From Opitutia bacterium KCR 482 (GTDB lineage: Bacteria > Verrucomicrobiota > Verrucomicrobiia > Opitutales > Intestinicryptomonadaceae): a stretch of DNA of 32,000 nt. The stretch spans positions 1,770,001 to 1,802,000 of the forward strand of contig CP149973.1 of assembly GCA_029269845.2 (NCBI GenBank), in the 5' to 3' direction. The translations under genes and the position numbers were made by a program. How positions within the stretch are numbered: the stretch's first letter is position 1; each line of letters begins with the position of its first letter. Under the pieces are notes generated by a model. It was not told where the DNA came from, made no database searches, and was given only the letters and a program-made list of their open reading frames with translations. Shown piece by piece: positions 23,879 through 32,000 of the stretch.

Positions 23879-25374
23879 TGGAATACAAGCTGCGCACGCC
23901 CAAGCTTCTGCCGCTCCCCCAAAAAGCCGTTTGGGGCGGCGGATTTCTCGAATGGGAAAAGGCGGAGTTTCAAATCGACGACGCGGGGCTTCCGTGCGGC
24001 GCGTTTCTGACGCTCGAACGCGGAGACTTCGACAATCCCGAAGCGTACAGATTGCGCGTTTCGGAGGACGGAATCTCGATTGTTTCGGCGTCGGACGCCG
24101 GCGCGCGCGCGGCTTTGCAGACACTGCGGCAAATCGGAATGCAGGCGGATTCGCGCGGCTTCCGCTTCGTCGAAATGGAGGACTCCCCCGACATCGGCGC
24201 GCGCTGCTTTGTCCTCGACATTTCGCGCGGGCGCGTTCCGACGCTCGCCGACATGCGCCTTTTAGCCGACAGGCTCTCGCTTTTTAAATACAACAGGCTC
24301 GAATTGCGGCTCGGCGGGGCGTACCCGTTCGAGGGACGCGAGCGGGAATGGGCGGGGCGCGGCCTTTTTACGCCGAAGAAAATTGCGGCTCTTAAAAAAT
24401 ACTGCGCGGCTTTGGGTATTGAGCTTTCCTGCGGACTCGACGCTTCGGAATTTCAGTGCGGCTCGCGGGAGATTTCGGAAATTTCGGCAAACTTCGACTG
24501 CGCCGACTTCGACGTCGGCTCGCCCGACGACGCCTCCGAATTGTGCTCTGCGTGCGCCGAACTCGGCAAACGCCCCCTTTGCGCCGCGCCCGACGCGGGT
24601 TCGCAGGCGGATTTTTCCGCGCCCGCTGGGGCCGTGCCGATATTTTCGGCTTCGAGCGAAGGCTTCGCGGAGGCGTGCGCAAAGGCGCATTCGCAAAAAC
24701 GCGCGTTTTTCGTCTCGGCAAACGCGGGAATCGGCTTTTGGGACGACATCGGCTTCCTCCCGCGTCTCGACTCCGCGAAAGCCGAAATCGACGCGGCGTC
24801 AAACGCCGCAAAAAAATACGGCGCGGAGGGCTTTGTTCTTTGCGCAGAGCTAAGCCCCTACGCCCCGTTCGCCGCGGTCTATCCGCCGCTCGCGCGGGCG
24901 GCGGCTAAAATGTGGGGTGGTGAGTCTTCGGAGGAGGCTGAATGCGAAGCGTTGGACTCTTTCGCGTTCTACGACGCGTCGGGAGACTTCGCCCGCGCCC
25001 TGTGCGCCCTCGGCAGAATCGACGGCGACGGAATCTTGGAGTGCGCGTTTTTCGGACTCGGCGGCGACGCCGCCGCGTTCGATACCGACGACTTCGAGGG
25101 CGCGGCGGATTTCGCAATGGGCTTGGCTGCGACCTCAAAACCCGAATGCCGCGACGCCTCCATTCTTTCCGCCGAAATCGCGCTTGCGGGCGCAATGGCG
25201 CGCCGCGCCGTGGACGTTCTGCGCGGACGCGGAAAAACCGCGGAATCGGGAACCGCGTTGAAGTTTTTGGTGTCGGATTTCGAAAACATCTGGAACGCCC
25301 GCAACGAAACGGGCGGACTGTGGGAGGCGTCGGCGAAAATCCGCGCAACAGCCCCAGAAATTTTCAAGCTATGA
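23878..25374 (+). CDS. Hypothetical protein with a GH20 (beta-N-acetylhexosaminidase)-like N-terminal and TIM-barrel start; catalytic motif not recognisable
   Basis: The ATG overlaps the upstream stop (TAATG). YRLRVSEDGISIVSASDAGARAALQTLRQI and EDSPDIGARCFVLDISRGRVPTLADMRLLADRLSLFKYNRLELRL resemble the GH20b/GH20 junction (D.P.f..RG.mlD.sR...K.N..h.Hl). I cannot find an H-x-G-G-D-E motif. The C-terminal half is Ala-rich and unassignable. Confidence 0.45.
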   Translation: MEYKLRTPKLLPLPQKAVWGGGFLEWEKAEFQIDDAGLPCGAFLTLERGDFDNPEAYRLRVSEDGISIVSASDAGARAALQTLRQIGMQADSRGFRFVEMEDSPDIGARCFVLDISRGRVPTLADMRLLADRLSLFKYNRLELRLGGAYPFEGREREWAGRGLFTPKKIAALKKYCAALGIELSCGLDASEFQCGSREISEISANFDCADFDVGSPDDASELCSACAELGKRPLCAAPDAGSQADFSAPAGAVPIFSASSEGFAEACAKAHSQKRAFFVSANAGIGFWDDIGFLPRLDSAKAEIDAASNAAKKYGAEGFVLCAELSPYAPFAAVYPPLARAAAKMWGGESSEEAECEALDSFAFYDASGDFARALCALGRIDGDGILECAFFGLGGDAAAFDTDDFEGAADFAMGLAATSKPECRDASILSAEIALAGAMARRAVDVLRGRGKTAESGTALKFLVSDFENIWNARNETGGLWEASAKIRATAPEIFKL

Positions 25375-25865
25375 CGGAAATCGAATAGGCATCGAAAAGC
25401 GGCATTCCGCTTATCAGAAAACTCGCGCTCGAAGCGTTTCCCGCAACCTACGCGAAAATTCTGACTCCCGAACAAACCGAATACATGCTCGAAATGATGT
25501 ATTCGGAAAAAAGCCTCGAAAAACAGTTCGACGACGGGCACGAATTTTTTGTGGGCTACGCCGACGGCGAGCCTTTCGGCTACGTTTCGGTCAGACCCGA
25601 ATCGGAGGGCGTCTTCCACCTCGAAAAAATCTACGTATTGGAAAATTTGCACGGCAGGGGTTTCGGCAAACTGCTTTTCGAAAAGGCGAAATCCCGCGTG
25701 AAGGAGCTGCACCCCGCGCCGTGCCGCATGCTGCTCAACGTCAACCGCCACAACCGCGCCCTCGGCTTCTACAAGCACATGGGCATGTTCGAGGTCTCGC
25801 GGGGCGACTTCCCCATCGGCAACGGCTATTTCATGAACGACTGCATCATGGGGCTTGATTTATAA
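25371..25865 (+). pseudogene. GNAT-family N-acetyltransferase interrupted by an in-frame TAG at codon 6 (intact ORF only from 25485)
   Basis: The reading is MTEIE*ASKSGIPLIRKLALEAFPATYAKILTPEQTEYMLEMMYSEKSLEKQF...IYVLENLHGRGFGKLL...LNVNRHNRALGFYKHMGF. The family-typical N-terminus (M.I..A...DIP.I..LA...) continues through the TAG at 25386-25388. The ATG at 25371 overlaps the upstream stop (ATGA). Confidence 0.6.
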
Positions 25866-25992
25866 GCCCCTTTGCCGCATAAAAACTCTTTACATTTGCG
25901 CGTACGGGTTCAGTATAGGCTTTTACGGATTAATACCCGCGCGCGCTTTTGCGCGGATTTTCTCCGAAAGGATTTTTTTACAAGGAAATAAA

Positions 25993-27819
25993 ATGAACGA
26001 AGAACTTCTGAAAATCAGACACAGCGCTTCACACGTTTTGGCGACGGCCGTTCTGCGCCTTTTCCCGAACGCAAAACTCGACATCGGTCCCGCGACGGAA
26101 ACGGGCTTCTACTACGATTTCGACCTCGACCACAAATTCACGGCGGAGGACCTTGCGAACATCGAAGCCGAAATGAAAAAGGTGATTGCCGAAAACCAGA
26201 AATTCGAGAAGTTCGAACTTACCCGCGACGAAGCTGCCGCAAAGATTAAGGAAATCGGACAGGAGGAATTCAAACTCGGCAGACTCGCCGACATTCCCGA
26301 CGGCGAAAAAATCACCTTCTACAAAAACGGCGAATTCTGCGACCTCTGCGCGGGCCCGCACGTTGACTATTCCAAGCGCATCAAGGCGTTCAAACTGCTC
26401 TCCGTGGCGGGCGCGTACCACCGCGGCGACGAAAACAACAAACAGTTGCAGCGCATTTACGGCACGGCTTTCGCGTCGAAAGAGGAGCTTGAAAGCTACC
26501 TCAGACAAATGGAGGAGGCAAAGCTCCGCGACCACCGCAAACTCGGCAAGGAAATGGGGCTGTTCACAATCGTGGACAGAGTGGGGCAGGGGCTTATCCT
26601 CTGGAAGCCGAAGGGCGCGATTGTCCGCCAGAGCCTGCAAAACTTCATTCTCGAACTCCTCAACGAGCAGGGCTACCAGCAGGTTTTCACGCCGCATATC
26701 GGCAAGCTCGGGCTTTTCCGCACAAGCGGACACTTCCCGTACTACAAGGACTCGCAGTTCGTGCCGATTGTCGAGCGCGAAGACCTCGAAAGAATGGCGA
26801 AGGAAAACCTCTCCGTCGCGGAATTCGAGCCGAAAATCGAATCGGGCGACGTAGAGGGCTTCCTCCTCAAACCGATGAACTGCCCGTTCCACGTCGAAAT
26901 CTACAAGAGCGACCCGCATTCGTATCGCGACCTCCCCGTGAGACTCGCCGAATTCGGCAACGTCTACCGCTGGGAACAGTCGGGAGAGCTTAACGGCATG
27001 ACCCGCGTGCGCGGCTTCACTCAGGACGACGCCCACATCTTCTGCACCCCCGACCAGCTCGACGACGAAATTCAGGGCTGTCTCGACTTGGTAAAGGAAG
27101 TGTTCGCGAAAATCGGCATGAAGGAATACCGCGTCAGAATTTCGCTCCGCGACCCCGCCAGCGACAAGTACGTCGGCGCGGAGGAAAACTGGGTAAAGAG
27201 CGAGGCGGCAATCCGCAAGGCGGCGAAAACTCTGGGCGTTCCCTACACCGAGGAAATCGGCGAGGCGGCGTTCTACGGGCCGAAAATCGACTTCGTTGTC
27301 AAGGACTGCATCGGCCGCGAATGGCAGCTCGGCACCGTTCAGGTTGACTACAACCTACCCGAACGCTTCGACCTTTCCTACATCGGTCAGGACAACAAGC
27401 CCCACCGCCCGATTATGATTCACCGCGCCCCGTTCGGCTCGCTCGAACGCTTTACGGGCGTGCTTATCGAGCACTTTGCGGGCAACTTCCCGACGTGGCT
27501 CGCGCCCGAACAGGTGCGCATAATCACGCTCAACGACGATGTCGTGCCGTTCGCCGACGAAGTCTTCAAGAAGCTCAAAAAGGCGGGAGTACGCGTGTCG
27601 ATGGACGCTTCCGCCGAAAAGCTGGGCGCGAAAATCCGCAAGGCTGAGACGGAAAAAGTTCCGCACATGTTCGTCATCGGCCGCAAGGAGGCCGAGGCGG
27701 GGCTGGTGTCTGTCCGCTCGCGAATCCGCAAGGCGTTCGAGGGCGTCAAGGGCGCGGACGAAGCCGTTGCGCAGATTGCCGAAGACGCAAAGGCGCGCAC
27801 GCTTCCCGACAACTTCTAA
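25993..27819 (+). CDS. thrS: Threonine--tRNA ligase (no N-terminal TGS domain)
   Basis: 608 aa starting at the internal ATG after an AGGAAA RBS. Motifs: RHSASHVLA (editing-domain His pair), GFYYDF, GAYHRGDENNKQLQRIYG, RDHRKLG, KPMNCPFH, RVRGFTQDDAHIF, FYGPKID, MIHRAPFGSLERF. An anticodon-binding domain is present. Confidence 0.93.
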   Translation: MNEELLKIRHSASHVLATAVLRLFPNAKLDIGPATETGFYYDFDLDHKFTAEDLANIEAEMKKVIAENQKFEKFELTRDEAAAKIKEIGQEEFKLGRLADIPDGEKITFYKNGEFCDLCAGPHVDYSKRIKAFKLLSVAGAYHRGDENNKQLQRIYGTAFASKEELESYLRQMEEAKLRDHRKLGKEMGLFTIVDRVGQGLILWKPKGAIVRQSLQNFILELLNEQGYQQVFTPHIGKLGLFRTSGHFPYYKDSQFVPIVEREDLERMAKENLSVAEFEPKIESGDVEGFLLKPMNCPFHVEIYKSDPHSYRDLPVRLAEFGNVYRWEQSGELNGMTRVRGFTQDDAHIFCTPDQLDDEIQGCLDLVKEVFAKIGMKEYRVRISLRDPASDKYVGAEENWVKSEAAIRKAAKTLGVPYTEEIGEAAFYGPKIDFVVKDCIGREWQLGTVQVDYNLPERFDLSYIGQDNKPHRPIMIHRAPFGSLERFTGVLIEHFAGNFPTWLAPEQVRIITLNDDVVPFADEVFKKLKKAGVRVSMDASAEKLGAKIRKAETEKVPHMFVIGRKEAEAGLVSVRSRIRKAFEGVKGADEAVAQIAEDAKARTLPDNF

Positions 27820-27837
27820 ACGCATTTCGCAAATTTC

Positions 27838-27874
27838 AAAACGCCGTAGCGGTGCTCCGCCTCGGCGTTTTTTG
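27838..27874 (+). terminator. Rho-independent terminator of thrS
   Basis: Stem ACGCCG (27841-27846) pairs with CGGCGT (27863-27868). An inner GCGG/CCGC pairing is also present. T6 follows. Confidence 0.7.
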
Positions 27875-27923
27875 TTGACTCGAATATGGGCGCAGAATAG
27901 TGGTATTGCCGATTTATATACAT

Positions 27924-30071
27924 ATGGAAAAATACTTATTCTACTGCATTGCGGCGTTCTGCGCCGCGTCTTTTGCGTGCGGCGACGTCGCATACAAATT
28001 CGGAACGGGCGCAAGAAAATGGGACTATTCGGGCAAAGGCTCGTCCGAAATGCTCGAAAACTCCATGAAGTTTTCGGCGGACTCCCCCAAGCCCTTCATG
28101 CACTCGCGCATATTCGTAAACCCCGGCGAATCCTACGAAATCTCCGCGACGGGTTCGGGCGCGTGCAACCTCGCTCTTACACCCGACAAATCTCCCGCCG
28201 ACGCCGCGCTGAAATTTGCGCCGTCGTATAGCGACATTTTCAAAAACGGCGAGTTCAAAACCGTCGTCAAAATTCCGCGCGAGTGTCCCGAACGCATACG
28301 CGTAGACCTGCACGCGGCGGACAAGTCTTTCGAAATCCGCACGTTTTCCGTGAGGCAGATTGTGCCTGCGGGCGGCTTTGTGCGCGACAGAAACAAACAG
28401 AAAGCCGAACGCCCGACTCCCGCGGTAGCCCGCGGAGTGGCGTCGATTTCCGACGTTTCGAAAGCGGCGCGGGTTCACGCAAACATTGTCGAAATTCCGT
28501 TTTCGGACGCAAAATCGGCGCATGCCGCCGCAAAAAAGGCGGGCGACGCCGCAAAATCGGGCGTCCGCGCGCTGATGTCGTACTTGCCGAAAGACGGAAA
28601 ATTCGACGCCTCCGTCTTGAAGGCGGCTCTTGCCTCAAACCCGCCCGCCTACGCGTGGTCGATTGCCGACGCCGACTTGCCGCGCGGCGACTTCGCCCGC
28701 AGTCTCGCCGAATTCCGCAAGCTAGCGCCCGACGCGTGGGTTGTGTACAAATGTTCGGCGAAGTCTCTCGGCACGCTCGAGCCGTTCGCGGAGTACCGCG
28801 TTGTCTATTCGCCGGAAATTTCGGAGGAGGCGGACATCGAGCGCGCGCGCATTTTCAAAAATGCAGTGCCCGCGCCCATGCTCGCCCGCGCGGGAACGGA
28901 GCTCGTCCGCGCCGTCGAAAACCTCAACGTGTCGTGGCTTGCGGACTCTCTCCCGACGGGGAAGTCGGGCGACTTCACCCGCAGGCTGCTTGTCAAAAAC
29001 GCGTCGAAAGCCGCGCAGCTTGAAAATCTGAAAAAGGCGTATCTCGCCTCTCCGCACGACGGCTGCCTGAACTTCGCGTTTGCGTCCGACACGCACTTCC
29101 TTTCCAACAAAAACAACCCCCGCGCGGCGGGCGCGACGGGCGCGGAGCACATGCGCGATATGGCGCAGATCGCAAAGGAGCTTAAACTCGACTTCGTCTG
29201 CAACGGCGGCGACCTCGTTCAGGGCATAAAGCCGAAAGAACGCAGCATTGCCGACATGCGCGAAATCGTCGCGGCAATGGAGACGTCGGGGCTGCCCGTG
29301 GTTGTTTCAATCGGCAACCACGACGACGGCGTGTTCTACTTCCTCCGCACGAAAACCCCCGACGACTCGCAAATCGTAACCGGCGCGGAATGGCACGACG
29401 CGTGCGTTGCCACAGCCCTCAAAAGCGGCGCGGTCGGCGACGAAAATTTCCCCCAGGCAAACTATTTCTACATCGACTTTCCGAAGTCGAAAATCCGCCT
29501 GATAAACATCGCCGTGAGCGAAAACCCCATGGAGGTAGGCGCGGACGGAAAAATAAAAATAGACTCGTGCGGGCTTTACGACATCACCCAGCGGCAGCTC
29601 GACTGGCTTGCCCGCAAGGCTCTCGACTTCTCCGCAAAGGCGGACGCTCCCGAATGGGGCGTGGTGTTTGTAATGCACACGCGCATTTCGTCGCCGAACA
29701 CAAAGCTTTTCGACGGCGTCGTAAAGGCGTTCCGCGAGGGCGGGAAATTCAGCGGAGAAACGCGCACAGGCAACTTTCCGTCGAAAATTTCGTGCGACTT
29801 TTCGGGGCGCGGAAAAATGGACGTGCTCGCATTCTTCGAGGGGCACGAACACGCCGACGAAATCTTGAAGTCGCCCCACAGCTGCCCGCGCGTGCGCGTT
29901 CTCAACGACAAAAACCGCCCCGAATTTCCCGATTCCCCCCCGCGCAATTTCGGCGAGGCCGACGACGCCTCGTGGTCGGTCGTGTCGGTAGACAGAAAGC
30001 GCAACGAATTCCGCGTTCTCCGCTTCGGCGCGGGTATGGACTTTTCGGGAAAACTGCTTGAAAATAAGTAG
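27924..30071 (+). CDS. Exported two-part protein: unassigned N-terminal region of ~400 aa plus a C-terminal calcineurin-like metallophosphoesterase
   Basis: The signal peptide begins at the internal ATG (MEKYLFYCIAAFCAASFACG). Metallophosphoesterase motifs appear in order: FASDTHF, NGGDLVQG, SIGNHDD, VMHTRI, EGHEHAD. Confidence 0.75.
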   Translation: MEKYLFYCIAAFCAASFACGDVAYKFGTGARKWDYSGKGSSEMLENSMKFSADSPKPFMHSRIFVNPGESYEISATGSGACNLALTPDKSPADAALKFAPSYSDIFKNGEFKTVVKIPRECPERIRVDLHAADKSFEIRTFSVRQIVPAGGFVRDRNKQKAERPTPAVARGVASISDVSKAARVHANIVEIPFSDAKSAHAAAKKAGDAAKSGVRALMSYLPKDGKFDASVLKAALASNPPAYAWSIADADLPRGDFARSLAEFRKLAPDAWVVYKCSAKSLGTLEPFAEYRVVYSPEISEEADIERARIFKNAVPAPMLARAGTELVRAVENLNVSWLADSLPTGKSGDFTRRLLVKNASKAAQLENLKKAYLASPHDGCLNFAFASDTHFLSNKNNPRAAGATGAEHMRDMAQIAKELKLDFVCNGGDLVQGIKPKERSIADMREIVAAMETSGLPVVVSIGNHDDGVFYFLRTKTPDDSQIVTGAEWHDACVATALKSGAVGDENFPQANYFYIDFPKSKIRLINIAVSENPMEVGADGKIKIDSCGLYDITQRQLDWLARKALDFSAKADAPEWGVVFVMHTRISSPNTKLFDGVVKAFREGGKFSGETRTGNFPSKISCDFSGRGKMDVLAFFEGHEHADEILKSPHSCPRVRVLNDKNRPEFPDSPPRNFGEADDASWSVVSVDRKRNEFRVLRFGAGMDFSGKLLENK

Positions 30072-30132
30072 GATTGTTTGAAAATAATTTGCGCATTTCC
30101 GCGTCCGAAAGGCGTTGCGGGAATGCGAAATC

Positions 30133-30165
30133 AAAAAAACGCGGAAGCCCGTTCGGACTTCCGCG
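30133..30165 (-). terminator. Rho-independent terminator of the antiporter gene
   Basis: Stem CGCGGAAG (30140-30147) pairs with CTTCCGCG (30158-30165). On the minus strand it is followed by T7 (A7 at 30133-30139 on the plus strand). Confidence 0.75.
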
Positions 30166-30184
30166 TCGCGTTTTCGGGAGCGCG

Positions 30185-31645
30185 TCAGAATCTCCGGACT
30201 ATTCCGAATATCGCAATCGCCACCAAAACCACGGCGAAGAACGCCTCGGTTTTAGTGAACGCCCGCGCTCCGTTTTCGCGCTTCGCCCAGATATAGAACG
30301 GTATTCCGAGCGCGAGGAATATGATGGAGTCGAGCAGGTAGTTCAGCCCCGCCGCGTAGATTAGCCACACCGCGTAGGCCGACCCCGCCGCGCCCGACAC
30401 CAGCGCGCCCGTCCTGCTTACGCGCGCGTTCGGCGGCGTGTTTTGCAGCCCGTGTCCCTTCGCCAATTTCCAGAGGTATGCCGTGCTTGCCAAATAGGGC
30501 GGCAAAACCATTACGCCCGTAATGCTGAGCATTGTGTTCCACGCGTCGTTCGAGAAGTACACAAGCAGCATCGCAAGCTGCATGAGCGCGCTTGTTATCC
30601 AAAGCGACACGCTCGGCGAGCCGTTTTTGTTCTCGTGTCCGAATATCTTCGGGAACGTGCCGTCCTTTGCGGCGGCGTAGGGCATTTCGGCGGTAATCAT
30701 CGTCCACGCCAGCCAGCTTGCGAGCACCGAGATTATAAGCCCGGCGTTCATCACCCAGCTGCCCCATTCGCCGACGATGCTTTCGAGTATTCCCGCCGTC
30801 GAGGGATTCGGCACGGCGGCGAGCTGCGCTTGGGTCATGAACCCGAACGGGAGAATCGAGAGCAGGACGAAAATCGCCAGTCCGCAGATGTAGCCCGCAA
30901 TCGTCGCCCTGCCGACGTCCTTTTGCGACTTCGCCCGACCCGACAGCACAACCGCGCCCTCGATGCCGATGAACGCCCACAATGTGACAAGCATTGTGCC
31001 CTTAATCTGCGCGCCGAGACCGCCGAGATTTTTCTCGCCGTGCGAGGTCAGGTTGCCCCAGATGTCGAAGGTGAATTTGTCCCAGTTGAAGACGAAGAAC
31101 AGCACCACGATGAACAGCGCAATCGGCAGCAGTTTGCACACCGTGGCGATTGTGTTGACCAGCGACGCCTGTTTCACGCCGGAGAGCACGACAAAATTGA
31201 AAATCCAAATCAGCAGCGAACCGCCGACTATCGACTCCCAATTATTGCCGCCTGCGAACCACCCCGGAAAAAAGTAGTTCAGCGCGTCCATTGTGATTAC
31301 TGCGTACCCGACGTTTCCGCAGACTTGGCAGAGCCAGTAGCCCCACGCTATCGTGAAGCCCGCGTATTCGCCGAAGCCGTCCTTGCCGTACATGTAGATG
31401 CCGGCGGTGAGGTCGGGGCGCGCGGAGGCGAGCGTGCGGAACGTGTTTGCGATGAAAAACATTCCGATGCCCGTGATAACCCACGCGATAGCCACCGCTC
31501 CGACGCCCGCAGTGTCGGCCATGTTTTGCGGCAGGCTGTAAATGCCGCCGCCTATCATGGAGCTTACGACAATCGCCGCAAGTCCCGCCATTCCGAGCCT
31601 TTTGGCGGTGTCCTGTCCCGCCGCGCCGTTGTTGGTGTCGGACAT
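30185..31645 (-). CDS. APA-family basic amino acid/polyamine antiporter (ArcD / AaxC-like arginine exchanger)
   Basis: 486 aa, polytopic. N-terminal motifs LAAIVVSSMIGGGIYSLPQNMA, IAWVITGIGM and GIYMYGKDGFGEYAGF...AWGYWL are typical of ArcD-type antiporters. Confidence 0.85.
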   Translation of the reverse strand: MSDTNNGAAGQDTAKRLGMAGLAAIVVSSMIGGGIYSLPQNMADTAGVGAVAIAWVITGIGMFFIANTFRTLASARPDLTAGIYMYGKDGFGEYAGFTIAWGYWLCQVCGNVGYAVITMDALNYFFPGWFAGGNNWESIVGGSLLIWIFNFVVLSGVKQASLVNTIATVCKLLPIALFIVVLFFVFNWDKFTFDIWGNLTSHGEKNLGGLGAQIKGTMLVTLWAFIGIEGAVVLSGRAKSQKDVGRATIAGYICGLAIFVLLSILPFGFMTQAQLAAVPNPSTAGILESIVGEWGSWVMNAGLIISVLASWLAWTMITAEMPYAAAKDGTFPKIFGHENKNGSPSVSLWITSALMQLAMLLVYFSNDAWNTMLSITGVMVLPPYLASTAYLWKLAKGHGLQNTPPNARVSRTGALVSGAAGSAYAVWLIYAAGLNYLLDSIIFLALGIPFYIWAKRENGARAFTKTEAFFAVVLVAIAIFGIVRRF

Positions 31646-31654
31646 TTTAGAGCC

Positions 31655-32000
31655 TTATTTTACCGAAACGGGGTCGGCGAATTCGAAGTTCAGGAATCCG
31701 AGCGCGGTCAGGCAGTAGCCGAATGCCTGCTCGATATTTAGGTAGTTGTGGAAAAACTGGAAGTCGCTGTGCTTTTCGACCCCGCGGATTTCCAGCTCGT
31801 GTCTGAGAGATTTGTTGAGCCACATTTCGCAGTGCGATTTCGCGATGTCGTCGTCAATCCAAGTGTCGAAATACTCGACGTATTCCGCCGCCCAGCCTCC
31901 GATAAGCTCGCCCTTTGCGTCTTTGCCCCAGCAGATGCCGACGCCCGTGGCAATCGCGCGGTGCTCCGAGCTTCTCGCCCCGTTTGCCGCCATGATTACC
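31655..32000 (-). CDS. Pyruvoyl-dependent arginine decarboxylase-like protein, C-terminal part (gene continues beyond the right edge)
   Basis: The frame stays open upstream of the listed Met (..[27 protein letters not shown]...GGWAAEY...LTALGFLNF). It resembles the alpha-chain region of pyruvoyl decarboxylases as I remember them. It lies 9 nt upstream of an ArcD-type antiporter on the same strand. Confidence 0.55.
   Translation of the reverse strand, partial: VIMAANGARSSEHRAIATGVGICWGKDAKGELIGGWAAEYVEYFDTWIDDDIAKSHCEMWLNKSLRHELEIRGVEKHSDFQFFHNYLNIEQAFGYCLTALGFLNFEFADPVSVK

Noticed and set aside
25386-25388. TAG reassignment (for example pyrrolysine or a sense-recoded amber codon) as the explanation for the in-frame TAG in the GNAT gene.
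   Set aside because: TAG is used as an ordinary terminator by at least four well-supported genes in this window: the CorC-like gene, hisC, the PBP-like gene and the metallophosphoesterase gene.
1-32000. A scan for CRISPR arrays, tandem repeats, rRNA/tRNA/tmRNA, transposases, toxin-antitoxin pairs and known defence-system genes.
   Set aside because: I found no regularly spaced direct repeats, no T-loop/anticodon-arm candidates, and no DDE, HUH or serine-recombinase-like ORFs. The only Fic/Doc-type gene carries its own inhibitory motif and has no adjacent antitoxin. I found no nuclease/ATPase/helicase clusters typical of defence islands.

Overview
This is a high-GC bacterial chromosomal window that is almost entirely coding. 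I support about 30 protein genes. Most are housekeeping or cell-envelope functions: hisC, eda, rpe, aroE, yggS, lgt, thrS, an LptF/G permease, LptE-like and BamD-like proteins, an A24 prepilin peptidase and a XerC/D recombinase. Nine of them form a tightly packed minus-strand block at 9244-17497. A Tat-exported Gfo/Idh/MocA oxidoreductase and an arginine decarboxylase/ArcD-type antiporter pair suggest a PVC-group organism (Lentisphaerota, Verrucomicrobiota or Kiritimatiellota), but that is inference only. I see no rRNA, tRNA, CRISPR array, transposase or recognisable defence system. The most unusual feature is a non-coding element of about 0.4 kb present twice on the same strand (6819-7196 and 19605-20066), between unrelated genes. 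It is built from conserved hairpins whose loops diverge. It shows three compensatory double substitutions. It also contains a 78-nt module that is single in one copy and tandemly duplicated in the other. I read it as a candidate structured RNA or structured repeat family that I cannot assign to any known class. Secondary observations are listed below.
- A lower-GC Fic gene has its catalytic His replaced by Gln and is flanked by 9-bp direct repeats.
- A membrane-protein gene is frameshifted at an A8 tract.
- A GNAT gene is interrupted by an in-frame TAG at codon 6.
- Several exported enzyme-like proteins seem to lack canonical catalytic motifs.
All functional calls come from remembered family motifs; no searches were run.
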